Positions 1-9,680 are shown, counted from the stretch's first letter. The stretch: DNA of 58,682 bases from an uncultured Burkholderiales bacterium (GCA_903850735.1 CAINMN010000198.1:1-58682), one strand, 5' to 3'. The notes: generated by a model from the letters alone, not told the origin. A program made the numbers and translations.

Positions 1-290
1 GGCTCGCCCTTGCGCTCGAGCAAGGCGTTGGTGGCCACGGTGGTGCCCATTTTGACGCAGGCCACCTGGTCGGGCGTGACCGGCTCGCCGGCTTGCAAGC
101 CCAGCAAGTGCCGAATGCCAGCAACCGCGGCATCGCGGTACTGGTCGGGGTTTTCGCTCAGCAGCTTGTGCGTGAGCAATTGGCCGTCCGGGCGCTTGCC
201 CACGACGTCGGTGAACGTGCCACCTCTGTCAATCCAGAAAGCCCACTTGCCGCTTGGATCCACCGTTGTTTTCATCTGTATGTCTGACAT
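1..290 (-). CDS. 5-oxoprolinase / hydantoinase A family, N-terminal part (runs off the left edge; absent from the ORF track)
   Basis: Manual translation of the minus strand: [31 protein letters not shown]...[23 protein letters not shown]...[28 protein letters not shown] and [15 protein letters not shown] are oxoprolinase signatures. Start is ATG 290 or 275. Confidence 0.93.
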   Translation of the reverse strand, partial: MSDIQMKTTVDPSGKWAFWIDRGGTFTDVVGKRPDGQLLTHKLLSENPDQYRDAAVAGIRHLLGLQAGEPVTPDQVACVKMGTTVATNALLERKGE

Positions 291-394
291 TCAAGGTCTT
301 TGTGCTGCCCCGGACTGTAAATCCTTCCAAGGATGGGGTGCAATGGCGTTATCCTTACGGTTTGTTCCAACTTTCAATGTCGAGGATCTCCGCC

Positions 395-1396
395 ATGATC
401 AAAGCACTGTCCGGCCTGTTGGCCCTGTCTGTGGCCTTGGGCGTCACGCCCGCCCTGTCGCAAACCAAGTGGGATTTGCCCGCAGCCTACGCCGCCACCA
501 ATTTTCACTCTGAAAACCTGGTTCAGTTTGCCAAAGACGTGGACCAGGCCACCGCCGGCAAACTGAAAATCACGGTGCACGCCAATGCCTCGCTGTTCAA
601 GGCCAATGAAATCAAGCGCGCCGTGCAAGGCGGCCAGGCCCAGATTGGCGAAGTGCTGCTGGTCAACTTTGAAAACGAGAACCCCATCTTCGGCGCCGAC
701 GGCATTCCCTTCCTGGCCAGCTCCTATGCTGAGTCCAAGCGCCTGTACGACGCCCAAAAGCCTGTGCTCGACAAACTGCTGGGCAACCAGGGCATGAAGC
801 TGTTGTTCGCTGTGGCCTGGCCCCCGCAAGGCATTTACACCAAGAAAGAAATCAACTCGGTGGCTGACTTGCGCGGCATCAAATGGCGCGCCTACAGCCC
901 CGCTACCGCCAAAATTGCGGAGCTGATTGGCGCCCAACCCGTGACCATTCAGGCCGCAGAACTGTCGCAAGCCCTGGCCACCGGCGTGGTGGAAAGCTAC
1001 ATGAGCTCGGGCTCCACCGGCTACGACACCAAAACCTACGAAAGCCTGAAGTATTTCTATGACACCCAGGCTTGGTTGCCCAAGAACGCGGTCATCGTGA
1101 ACAAAAAGGCCTTTGACGCGCTCGACCCCGCCACCCAGGCCGCCTTGAACAAGGTGGCGGCAGAAGCCGAAACCCGTGGCTGGAAAGTCAGCGAAGAAAA
1201 AGACGCCTGGTACAAAAAAGCCCTCACTGAAAAAGGCATGAAGGTGGCAACGCCCTCGCCCAAGCTGATGGCCGACATGAAGCAAGTGGGCAGCATCATG
1301 CTGGCTGACTGGCAGAAAAAAGCTGGCCCGGACGGTGAAGCCATCATCGCGGCCTTCAACAAATCGGCCCCTGCCGCCAAGCCTGCGAAGAAGTGA
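395..1396 (+). CDS. dctP: TRAP substrate-binding protein, probably pyroglutamate-binding
   Basis: Signal peptide, then QTKWDLPAAY...AWPPQG...KWRAYSP...SSGSTGYDTKTYE...AWLPKNAV. As recalled, this closely resembles Bordetella DctP6. GAGGA RBS precedes ATG 395. Confidence 0.92.
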   Translation: MIKALSGLLALSVALGVTPALSQTKWDLPAAYAATNFHSENLVQFAKDVDQATAGKLKITVHANASLFKANEIKRAVQGGQAQIGEVLLVNFENENPIFGADGIPFLASSYAESKRLYDAQKPVLDKLLGNQGMKLLFAVAWPPQGIYTKKEINSVADLRGIKWRAYSPATAKIAELIGAQPVTIQAAELSQALATGVVESYMSSGSTGYDTKTYESLKYFYDTQAWLPKNAVIVNKKAFDALDPATQAALNKVAAEAETRGWKVSEEKDAWYKKALTEKGMKVATPSPKLMADMKQVGSIMLADWQKKAGPDGEAIIAAFNKSAPAAKPAKK

Positions 1397-1932
1397 TGTT
1401 GCGTCGCGCCCTGGATCGCCTGTACCTGGCCTCAGGGGCCTTGGGCGCGTTTTTCATTGTGCTGATCGGTGTGCTCATGATTGCGCAAAGCGTTCTGCGT
1501 GAGCTCAATGTGCGCACCGGCGCCGTCAATGATGTGGTGGCCTGGTTCTGTGCCGCGGCCGCTTTCTTCACCATGGCGCATGCCTTCAAGCACGGCGACT
1601 TTGTGCGCGTCACCCTCTTGCTGGATTCGGTGCCTGCGCGCGCGCGACGGGCGCTGGAAATCACCGCCTTGGCCATTGGCAGCCTGGCGGTGGGTTATCT
1701 GGCTTGGTGGGCCTGCAAGTTCACTTATGAAAGCTGGGAGTTCAACGACATTGCCCAGGGCTTGCTGCCCTTGCCCTTGTGGATTCCCCAGCTCAGTTTT
1801 GCCCTGGGCTCGGTGCTGCTGTGGGTGGCCATGCTGGATGAGCTCATCCTGGTGCTGCGGGGCCAGGTGCCCACCTACGTTCGCGAAGTGCAAGAGCGCC
1901 ACGCGCGTGGCGACTTTTCTTCGGACATCTGA
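1396..1932 (+). CDS. dctQ: TRAP small permease
   Basis: Four hydrophobic segments, HGDFVRVTLL motif, located between dctP and dctM. Confidence 0.9.
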   Translation: MLRRALDRLYLASGALGAFFIVLIGVLMIAQSVLRELNVRTGAVNDVVAWFCAAAAFFTMAHAFKHGDFVRVTLLLDSVPARARRALEITALAIGSLAVGYLAWWACKFTYESWEFNDIAQGLLPLPLWIPQLSFALGSVLLWVAMLDELILVLRGQVPTYVREVQERHARGDFSSDI

Positions 1933-1935
1933 GGC

Positions 1936-3246
1936 ATGGACATTCTGCTCGTTGGCGGCTTGCTGCTGCTGATCATGATGGTGCTGCTCGCGGGCGGCGT
2001 CTGGATCGCCATGACCCTGGCCATCTGCGGCTGGGTGGGCCAGGCCTTCTTCACGCAAACACAGCCCGGCAAAAACCTGTTCTCGGCCTTCTGGGAAAGC
2101 AATGCCAGCTGGGAGCTGGCGGCCCTGCCCTTGTTCATCTGGATGGGTGAAATTCTGTTTCGCACCCGCCTGAGCGAAGACATGTTCGATGGCCTGCGGC
2201 CCTGGCTGAACCGGGTGCCCGGTCGCCTGATGCACACCACCATTTTGGGCTGCGGCATCTTCGGCTCGGTGTCGGGCTCGTCGGCCGCCACCTGCGCCAC
2301 CATCAGCAAAGTGGCCTTGCCCGAATTGATCAAGCGGGGCTACAACGAAAAGCTGGCCCTGGGCTCGCTGGCCACCGCCGGCACCCTGGGCATTCTGATT
2401 CCGCCGTCCATCACCATGGTGGTCTATGCGGTGGCGGCAGACGCCTCCATCATTCGCATCTTTTTGGCCGGCTTCCTGCCGGGCTTGTTGTTGATGTGCC
2501 TCTTCAGTGGCTACATCATGTGGTGGAGCTGGCGTCATCCCGACCAGGTGCCCGCTGCCGACCCGCCCAGCAGCTTCATGGCCAAGGTCAAGCAATCGGG
2601 CAGCCTGATTCCCTGTGCCGCCTTGATCATCTTCATTTGCTGGGTGCTGATTGCGGGCTATGCCACCGCCACCGAGTGCGCGGCCTATGGCGTGCTGGGC
2701 TCCTTGTTGCTGGCCGCCTGGAGCCGCAGCCTGACCTGGGACAATTTCCGCGAAGGCCTGATGAGCACCGCGCGCACCAGCTGCATGATCATGTTCATCC
2801 TGGCCGGTGCCGCCTTCCTGACCAAGACCATGGCCTTCACCGGCATTCCGCGTGAGTTGGCCGAATGGGTCAGCGCCATGAACCTGTCGCCCTTGGCCCT
2901 GATTGGCGTGCTGACGGTGATCTACCTGATTCTGGGCACCGCCCTGGACGGCATCAGCATGATTGTGCTGACCAGCGCCGTGGTGCTGCCCATGATCCAG
3001 AAAGCCGGCTTTGACCTGATCTGGTTTGGCATCTTCATTGTGCTGCTGGTGGAAATTGCCGAAGTCACGCCCCCAGTGGGCTTCAATTTGTTTGTGCTGC
3101 AAAACATGACCGGCAAGGACAGCAACACCATTGCCAAAGCGGCTGTGCCTTTCTTTCTTTGCCTGGTGGTCTGCATTGCGCTGATCACCTTGTTCCCCAG
3201 CATCGTGACCTACCTGCCCGATGCGGTCATGGGCGTGGACAAATAA
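1936..3246 (+). CDS. dctM: TRAP large permease
   Basis: ALPLFIWMG, SGSSAAT, GTLGILIPPS and TPPVGFNLFV motifs; 436-aa polytopic membrane protein. Confidence 0.95.
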   Translation: MDILLVGGLLLLIMMVLLAGGVWIAMTLAICGWVGQAFFTQTQPGKNLFSAFWESNASWELAALPLFIWMGEILFRTRLSEDMFDGLRPWLNRVPGRLMHTTILGCGIFGSVSGSSAATCATISKVALPELIKRGYNEKLALGSLATAGTLGILIPPSITMVVYAVAADASIIRIFLAGFLPGLLLMCLFSGYIMWWSWRHPDQVPAADPPSSFMAKVKQSGSLIPCAALIIFICWVLIAGYATATECAAYGVLGSLLLAAWSRSLTWDNFREGLMSTARTSCMIMFILAGAAFLTKTMAFTGIPRELAEWVSAMNLSPLALIGVLTVIYLILGTALDGISMIVLTSAVVLPMIQKAGFDLIWFGIFIVLLVEIAEVTPPVGFNLFVLQNMTGKDSNTIAKAAVPFFLCLVVCIALITLFPSIVTYLPDAVMGVDK

Positions 3247-3247
3247 G

Positions 3248-3637
3248 ATGATGCCTGTTCTGGCCATTTGCATCGGTGCCTGCCTGGGTGCCCTGATGCG
3301 GTGGCAATTGGGCCTGCTGTGGAACACCCAGGGCGTGTTGCCATGGGGCACCTTGGCCGCCAACCTGATCGGGGGCTACCTGGTGGGCGTGTGCGTGGGG
3401 GTGTTTCAGGCCTTGCCGCAACTCGACCCCCTTTGGCGACTGGCCTTGGTCACGGGCTTTTTGGGGGCCTTGACCACCTTTTCATCGTTCAGCGCCGAAG
3501 TGGTCAGCATGCTGATGCAGGCACGCTATGGGCTGGCCCTGATGACCGCGAGCCTGCACTTGCTGGGCTCGCTGGCCCTGACCGTTCTGGGGCTCAAAAC
3601 CGTGGCGCTGTTTCTGCGCCAAATGCCCACTGCCTGA
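3248..3637 (+). CDS. crcB: Fluoride efflux channel Fluc/CrcB
   Basis: GACLGALMRW, GTLAANLIG, TGFLGALTTFSSF motifs. Confidence 0.95.
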   Translation: MMPVLAICIGACLGALMRWQLGLLWNTQGVLPWGTLAANLIGGYLVGVCVGVFQALPQLDPLWRLALVTGFLGALTTFSSFSAEVVSMLMQARYGLALMTASLHLLGSLALTVLGLKTVALFLRQMPTA

Positions 3638-3646
3638 AAGCCGCGC

Positions 3647-4741
3647 TCAACGGCTGGTCGAACAGACCATGACGCCGGGGTCGTTGTGCATCACCGCCAA
3701 ATCGTTTTTGGCATGGGCCACATCCATTTCGCGTGGCAAGGGCACATCGTTTTTGACCGCCAGAATTTCAGCCATGATGCTCACCGCAATTTCCGAGGGC
3801 ATCTTGCTGCCGATGTAAATGCCAATGGGCCCGCGCAGGCGCGCCAAGGAAGCCTCGGTCTGTTCGAAATGCTCGATCATGCGCGCACGGCGCGCTTCGT
3901 TGTTGCGGCGTGAGCCAATGGCGCCCACATAAAAGGCCGAGGTGTTCAGGGCCTCCAGCAGCGCCAAATCGTCCAGCTTGGGATCGTGGGTCAGGGCCAC
4001 CACACAGCTGCGCTGGTCGGGGCGGAAAGACTGCACCACATCGTCCGGCATTTCGCGCGTCACCGTGACCCCGGCCACAGACCAAGCCCCGCTGTACTCC
4101 GGGCGCGGGTCGCACACGGTGACGGCAAAACCATTGAACAGCGCCATGGTGGCCAGGTACTCAGAGAGCTGGCCCGCCCCGATCAGCAACATGCGGTACT
4201 CGGGGCCAAAGGTGTTGATCAGGCTGTGCTCTTGCACGGCCAGGGCTTGCGGCGTCTGGGTGGGGGTCTGGGTCACCTGGCCGTCTGACAAGCGCACTTC
4301 CCGCTGAACCAGCTCGCCGCGCTCCAACGCGATGACCAACTCAGCCAGGGCCTGCGGGTCCGGGTCGAACTCCAACAACAACTCCAGGGTGCCGCCACAA
4401 GGCAAGCCAAAGCGGTGGGCCTCGTCGGCCGTCACGCCATATTTCACCCGCTGGGGCGGGCCACTGGGAATGTGCTTGGGCTCTTCGACGTTGCCGGCTT
4501 GCTGGGATGCTGGCACGTTGGCACTGGCGTAGGCCTGGGTGAAGCGGTAAATCAGGTCGTCCTCGATGCAGCCTCCGGACACAGAACCCACAACAGCACC
4601 GTCCTCGCAAAGGGCCATGATCGAGCCCACCGGCCTTGGCGAGGATCCCCAGGTGCGAATCACCGTCGCCAGCAGGGCGCGGCGCCCAGCCAGTCGCCAG
4701 TCCCGCAAACTGCGCAATACCATCACATCCAAGTTTTCCAT
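3647..4741 (-). CDS. xdhC: XdhC/CoxI family molybdoenzyme maturation protein
   Basis: TWGSSPRPVGS, GSVSGGCIE, GLPCGG, THDPKLDD, YVGAIGSR, PIGIYIG. GGAGG RBS precedes ATG 4741. Confidence 0.92.
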   Translation of the reverse strand: MENLDVMVLRSLRDWRLAGRRALLATVIRTWGSSPRPVGSIMALCEDGAVVGSVSGGCIEDDLIYRFTQAYASANVPASQQAGNVEEPKHIPSGPPQRVKYGVTADEAHRFGLPCGGTLELLLEFDPDPQALAELVIALERGELVQREVRLSDGQVTQTPTQTPQALAVQEHSLINTFGPEYRMLLIGAGQLSEYLATMALFNGFAVTVCDPRPEYSGAWSVAGVTVTREMPDDVVQSFRPDQRSCVVALTHDPKLDDLALLEALNTSAFYVGAIGSRRNNEARRARMIEHFEQTEASLARLRGPIGIYIGSKMPSEIAVSIMAEILAVKNDVPLPREMDVAHAKNDLAVMHNDPGVMVCSTSR

Positions 4742-4868
4742 CACGGCCTCCATGCTGTCTGCGCGCATCATAGGGCACCTCCCATGGCTTTGTCGCTGCG
4801 GTGGTTCTTGCGGCGCAAGCCCCTGAGAGCAGTTAATATTCTGTTGTTGACGCAGAACAAGGATTTCC

Positions 4869-6152
4869 ATGAAAGCCGTCCCGCCGCCCAATGCGCCCTT
4901 TGCCGACGAATGCATACAGGATGCACGCGCCAGCGACCCCCACGCCCTGGGCTGGATGCAAGGCTTTCCGCCCCCCCAGGAACGCAGGATTTCTCGCGCA
5001 CTGGGACACCACTTTTCATGGCCGCAGCTGCGCTGGGCCGTCAGCCACACCCATCAGCTCGGCCCCGTCGCGGTCATTCAGCGCGGCGCAGGCCCCATCA
5101 GCACGCTGCCGCAAGCCTTGCGCACCGATCTGGACGAGGTGCGTTTCAACACCCAGCGCGATGAGCCCCTGACCTGGGGCGATGCCTTCGATGCCAATTA
5201 CACCGATGGCCTGCTGGTGCTGCACAAAGGGCAAGTGGTTCATGAGCGTTATGCCGGCGTGATGCATGCCCATGGCACGCATGCCTGCATGTCCGTCACC
5301 AAATCCTTTGTCGGCTTGTTGGCGTTGAAGGCCGTGTACGACGGCCACATGCAAGAAGACAAGCTCATCAGCCACTACTTGCCCTCGCTCAAGGGCACAG
5401 GCTTTGGCAGCGCCACCCTGGGGCAGGTCATGGACATGACCACCGATATGGCCTACGACGAGATCTACACCGACCCCAACTCCGGCATCTGGCAGTATTT
5501 GCGCGCCGCCGGCGTGTTGCCGCTGCGGGCCGAAGACACAGCTTATTCAGGCGGACTTTACGACTACCTGGCCGAACTGAAGCCCCAAGGCACGCATGGC
5601 GTGGCCTTTGCCTACAAGGCCATCAACACCGACATGCTGGCTTGGGTGTTGCAAACCGTCTTGCAACAGGCCTTGCCGCAAATGTTGTCCGAAGTGTTCT
5701 GGCAACCCATGGGCATGCAACAAGACGCCCTCATTCAGATCGACCAATGCGGCAACGCCTTTGGCGGCGGCGGCCTGCTGACCTGCACCCGCGACTTGGC
5801 GCGCTTTGGCCAAATGCTGGCCCAGGATGGCTTTTTCAATGGCCGCCAAATCGTGCCGGCCGCGGTGGTGGAAACCATTCGCCAAGGCAGCGACCCCGCC
5901 AAATTTGTGCCAGCGGGCTACACCACCCTGCCTGGCTTTTCTTACCGTGCCATGTGGTGGGTCTCGGGCGACCCCCACCGCTGCTTCAGTGCGCGCGGCG
6001 TTCACGGTCAGGCCATCTGGGTCGACCCGGTGGCGCAAGTGGTGATCGCGCGCCATGCCTCGCACCGCCATGCGGGCAACGCCATGAACGACTCGGTGTC
6101 GCAGCCCTCTTACCGTGCCATTGCAGATCATTTGTCCCGTCATCCCGGTTAA
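4869..6152 (+). CDS. Serine hydrolase of beta-lactamase class C fold (NylB/6-aminohexanoate-dimer hydrolase-like)
   Basis: SxxK (MSVTKS), Y-x-x-x-N-T-D, RDLARFGQ, ARGVHGQ; N-terminal WMQGFPP typical of NylB relatives. Confidence 0.85.
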   Translation: MKAVPPPNAPFADECIQDARASDPHALGWMQGFPPPQERRISRALGHHFSWPQLRWAVSHTHQLGPVAVIQRGAGPISTLPQALRTDLDEVRFNTQRDEPLTWGDAFDANYTDGLLVLHKGQVVHERYAGVMHAHGTHACMSVTKSFVGLLALKAVYDGHMQEDKLISHYLPSLKGTGFGSATLGQVMDMTTDMAYDEIYTDPNSGIWQYLRAAGVLPLRAEDTAYSGGLYDYLAELKPQGTHGVAFAYKAINTDMLAWVLQTVLQQALPQMLSEVFWQPMGMQQDALIQIDQCGNAFGGGGLLTCTRDLARFGQMLAQDGFFNGRQIVPAAVVETIRQGSDPAKFVPAGYTTLPGFSYRAMWWVSGDPHRCFSARGVHGQAIWVDPVAQVVIARHASHRHAGNAMNDSVSQPSYRAIADHLSRHPG

Positions 6153-6158
6153 TTTGTC

Positions 6159-6551
6159 ATGAAGCGTTTGACCTCTTTCCTTGTGGCCCCTCTTGTTTGC
6201 GCGAGCTTGTGCTGCCCTTTGCTGGCCCAAGCCGAATGGACCAAGCTCGAAGAAAACGACCGCGCCACGATCTACATCGACTTTGAGCGCCTGCAAAAAA
6301 ATGCGCAATTCGCCACCATTTGGCAATTGACCGATTTGAAGAAACGCAGCAAAACGGGCACCCTGTCCAACCAGGTGCTGATGGAATTCGACTGCAAAGG
6401 CCACAAGCGCCGCACGGTGGTGTTCACATCGCACAATGAAAACATGGCCGAGGGGAAAACCATTTTCAAAAGCCTCAAGGGCGGCGAATGGCATCCCGTG
6501 GTCAAGGATTCGGTGGCTGAAAAGATGATGCACATGGTTTGCGAGCATTGA
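6159..6551 (+). CDS. Exported protein, surface-adhesin E-like family
   Basis: Signal peptide (AQA-EW), IYID, EFDC, terminal W..V..S....VC pattern. Confidence 0.65.
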   Translation: MKRLTSFLVAPLVCASLCCPLLAQAEWTKLEENDRATIYIDFERLQKNAQFATIWQLTDLKKRSKTGTLSNQVLMEFDCKGHKRRTVVFTSHNENMAEGKTIFKSLKGGEWHPVVKDSVAEKMMHMVCEH

Positions 6552-7276
6552 TGCCCGCAGACTTTCAAAGTCGGCAAGAGGCGTTTCGTGCCGGCCTCCA
6601 GCAAGCCATGGGCGCCCCCATTTGGGTTTTGTTCGCCGGCATGATCGGCTTTGGCGCCATGGCCAACACATTGGGCTTCAATGTCTGGCTGGCCACGCTG
6701 ACCAGCCTGCTGGTGTTTGCGCTCCCGGGTCAAGTCGTTTTGTTGGAGATGCTCAGCACGGGCGCTGCCCCGCTGACCGCTGGCCTGGCGGTGACGCTGA
6801 CCTCCTCGCGCTTTCTCACCATGGTGGTGACCCTCTTCCCCCAACTCGACGCCAAAGACCGCAACCGTGGCTTGTATGCACGCGTGCAGTTGCTGGCCAT
6901 GACGGCTTGGGCGGTGTCCATGCGCGAGTTCCCCCACATGGCACCGAAATACCGCTTGCCTTATTTCACAGGACTGGGCCTGCCATGCTGGCTGATTGCC
7001 GTGCCGGGGACCGCCTTGGGCTATCTGTTGGCCGGTCAAGTGCCCATGGCGGTGACGCTGGCCTTGGTGTTCATCAATCCCTTGTTTTTTCTGCTGACCT
7101 TCACCGATGTGCGCCCCTGGCTTTACCGCGGTGCCATTGTGGGCGGCGGCTTGGTGTGCCCTTTTTTTTATGCGTGGGACCGTGACAGCAGTTTGCTGAT
7201 GTCGGGACTGGTCGCAGGCACCGCGGCCTACCTGGTGGATCGCCTGTGGCGTCAACGTGCGGGAGGCGCCTCATGA
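6551..7276 (+). CDS. azlC: AzlC family branched-chain amino acid exporter, large subunit
   Basis: Hydrophobic; FALPGQ motif; paired with a small membrane gene. Confidence 0.82.
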   Translation: MPADFQSRQEAFRAGLQQAMGAPIWVLFAGMIGFGAMANTLGFNVWLATLTSLLVFALPGQVVLLEMLSTGAAPLTAGLAVTLTSSRFLTMVVTLFPQLDAKDRNRGLYARVQLLAMTAWAVSMREFPHMAPKYRLPYFTGLGLPCWLIAVPGTALGYLLAGQVPMAVTLALVFINPLFFLLTFTDVRPWLYRGAIVGGGLVCPFFYAWDRDSSLLMSGLVAGTAAYLVDRLWRQRAGGAS

Positions 7277-7617
7277 GTGTGGAGCTCTCCTCCCTGCAAG
7301 TCTGGAGCACTCTGGCGATTGCAGCGGCAGGCACTTATGCCTGCCGTGCTTTGGGCGTCGTGGTGTCGGACAAGATCAACCAGGACAGCGAGTTTTTCCG
7401 TTGGCTGTCTGCGGTGACCTATGCCCTTGTGGCAGCCTTGGTTGTGCGCATGGTGCTGATGCCGGTGGGGCCATTGGCCTCAGTGCCGGCGGGATGGCGT
7501 GTTGGTTTTTGTGCGGTCAGTTTGCTGGTCATGGTGGTCGGCACACGGCGCCGACCCGCGCTTGCCTTGTTCAGCGGAACGGCCCTCATGCTGATCTACG
7601 GCATGGTCAGCCGCTGA
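7273..7617 (+). CDS. azlD: AzlD family small subunit
   Basis: GTYACRALG; ATGA overlap with the azlC stop. Confidence 0.78.
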   Translation: MSVELSSLQVWSTLAIAAAGTYACRALGVVVSDKINQDSEFFRWLSAVTYALVAALVVRMVLMPVGPLASVPAGWRVGFCAVSLLVMVVGTRRRPALALFSGTALMLIYGMVSR

Positions 7618-7637
7618 CGATCGCGCCTGTGCCTGCC

Positions 7638-9680
7638 CTAGGCGCTGGTCCAACTGCCATCCACATCGCCCCGCAAGACGCCAATCAGTTGAAGCTCGGC
7701 CGCGTCGGCGGAAAAATCATGCGCTACCACCTTGGTGGTCGTCAAAGCTTTGGACACATTGGCGCCGGTTGTGGCACTTTGCAAAGTGCTTGCCACGCCA
7801 GAGCCTTGCAGGTCTGCGGCATTGACAAAAACCCATTCGGGTGAATTGGCGGTGCTTTTGCCCAGGTAATACTTCAGCAATTGAAGAACATCGGTGAGGG
7901 TGACCGCGCCGGACTGGTCAAAGTCTGCCGCCACAAAGTTGAAAGGCGAGGCATAGCTGTCAGGCACCGATTTGCCGAGGTAGATCTTGAGCGCTGCCAG
8001 CACGTCGGTCAGGGTGATGGCGCTTTTGGCGTTGGCAGGGGCACTGGCGGTGGGCGAAATTTGAAAAATGCCATCACCCGTCACACCATCGGTGTCTTCG
8101 ACGCTGGTCAGTGAAAGGGCGCCATTGACAAGGGTTGAGGCGGTCACCCCACCCTCGGTGATGCTGACGCTGGGAATGGACTGGGCCGTGCTTGTGCTCC
8201 AACCCTTCCAAAAGAGGGGTTTGATTTTCAGGTCGAAGCCGGCAGGCACGTCAGGGTAGGTATTGCCATACGACAGGTTGGATGGGTTGAAATACAAACC
8301 GGTGACATTGCCTGTGCCATCGACGGCCGTTCGGCCGCTCATGTCGACTTGGTAATAAACCTGCCAGACATCGGCCGCCTTTTGCAGCGTTCCTCGGATG
8401 GCTTGATTGCCAACATTGAAATTCATCTGGTCTGGCGTGCCATTGCCATCGGAATCCAGCAACTGGCCCGTCAACGCCAGTCCAGCATCGGCGTGCGTGA
8501 GTTGATTGATGGTCGCGCTGAAATTGGCCAGCACGCCATTGCTGTCCGCAGAAGCGTTCCAAACGAAGGGAACAGAGACTGCATGACCTAGAGAGTCTGT
8601 GTAAAGAAAGCCATCTTCCAAGGTCCCGCTGTCGCTGCCGTCGGCAATCAGCGACACCGACTCTTTCACCAAAAACTGGGCGGCCCAGGCCTCGGGGCCT
8701 GCGGTGTCGGATGTGGCATCGGTCAAAGTCAGGCTGCCCTTGGCGGTTTGTGGCTGGCCAGAACTGTTGAGCAAGGTTCCCTTCAAGGCATAGGTGGCAA
8801 AGTTGTTGTCGGTATCCGCCAAGGCATCCAAGCTCAACTGCGGAAACAAACTGCTGGTGGCCGTCACCAGGCCACCTGACCCTGCGGCGGCAGCGCCCAG
8901 TTTCAGGTAGAGCTCACCCGACTCAGGCGCGCCCGTGCTCGACCCCAAGGTGCTGAGTTGCCAGGCTTGCATCGGCCCATAATCATCGAAGGAAAAATAA
9001 AAACCCGTGACCTGACCGGCGCTGTTGGCTTGAATGCGGCCAGAGGCTGATTGGGAGGACTCCATGCGCCATGAAAGGCTGGACACGCCCACCAAGTTGG
9101 CCACCATGCTGCGTCCGCCCAAGCTGGAGACCAACTGGTCTGCAATGCCGTCACCATTGAGGTCTAGCACACGGCCGAAAAACTCGGTACCAGCCGATTG
9201 CGCGTTGGCTTGGTTCACCGTCGCATAAAAGCTGGCAATGGCGCCATCGAAAACGCGTGTGCCAAACCAATTGAGCTTCACGGCAACGCTATGGCCCAAC
9301 TCGTCCAGATAGTTGAAGCCGTCTGGCAAGGTGTCGGTGTCTGTCCCGTCAGCCACCAGATCGTAAGTCTGCTTCAACGCAAAAACGGCCTGCCAAGACT
9401 CTGGCCCAGGGGTGTTGGCCTGCGCCTCCACCATGGTCAAGACGCCAGTTGTGTTGAGGGCCACGCCAGCAACACTTCCCAACAATTTGCCGGCAATCGC
9501 ATAAGTCAACGGGTTGTTGTCGGCATCCGAAGACAGATCGAACTGGACCATCGACAAGCTGCTGTTGCTGGCCGTCGCCAACACCGGCGATGTGCCCGCG
9601 CTCAGCGCCAAATAGTACTCACCGCTCTGAGTGCTTGCAGCTTGCGTCCCCGTCAGGTCAAAAGTAGAGAGTGTTGCCAT
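7638..9680 (-). CDS. 680-aa acidic, S/T/G/A-rich protein: two ~225-aa tandem repeats plus a C-terminal dockerin-like module; no N-terminal signal peptide
   Basis: Duplicated ITLTDVLAALKIYLGK / ADFDQSGAVTLTDVLQLLKYYLGK; ends LIGVLRGDVDGSWTSA. ATG overlaps the glk stop (TAATG). Confidence 0.8.
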   Translation of the reverse strand: MATLSTFDLTGTQAASTQSGEYYLALSAGTSPVLATASNSSLSMVQFDLSSDADNNPLTYAIAGKLLGSVAGVALNTTGVLTMVEAQANTPGPESWQAVFALKQTYDLVADGTDTDTLPDGFNYLDELGHSVAVKLNWFGTRVFDGAIASFYATVNQANAQSAGTEFFGRVLDLNGDGIADQLVSSLGGRSMVANLVGVSSLSWRMESSQSASGRIQANSAGQVTGFYFSFDDYGPMQAWQLSTLGSSTGAPESGELYLKLGAAAAGSGGLVTATSSLFPQLSLDALADTDNNFATYALKGTLLNSSGQPQTAKGSLTLTDATSDTAGPEAWAAQFLVKESVSLIADGSDSGTLEDGFLYTDSLGHAVSVPFVWNASADSNGVLANFSATINQLTHADAGLALTGQLLDSDGNGTPDQMNFNVGNQAIRGTLQKAADVWQVYYQVDMSGRTAVDGTGNVTGLYFNPSNLSYGNTYPDVPAGFDLKIKPLFWKGWSTSTAQSIPSVSITEGGVTASTLVNGALSLTSVEDTDGVTGDGIFQISPTASAPANAKSAITLTDVLAALKIYLGKSVPDSYASPFNFVAADFDQSGAVTLTDVLQLLKYYLGKSTANSPEWVFVNAADLQGSGVASTLQSATTGANVSKALTTTKVVAHDFSADAAELQLIGVLRGDVDGSWTSA
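8290..9680 (-). repeat. Intragenic tandem duplication (about 2 x 225 codons)
   Basis: Matched blocks: SGEYYL/SGELYL, DADNNPLTYAIAG/DTDNNFATYALKG, GPESW/GPEAW, LVADGTDTDTLPDGF/LIADGSDSGTLEDGF, LDLNGDGIADQ/LDSDGNGTPDQ, GQVTGFYF/GNVTGLYF. Confidence 0.9.

Noticed and set aside
3200-3250. Fluoride riboswitch upstream of crcB
   Set aside because: crcB starts 1 nt after the dctM stop; there is no room and no aptamer-like sequence.
1432-3363. 643-aa minus-strand ORF, and similar long ORFs at 19286-20989 and 32177-34318
   Set aside because: They are antisense shadows of well-supported genes (dctQM, lacI/lipoprotein, spoT) in GC-rich DNA and contain no motifs.
4869-6152. Beta-lactam resistance gene
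   Set aside because: No signal peptide, and the motifs fit cytoplasmic NylB/esterase-type hydrolases rather than AmpC.
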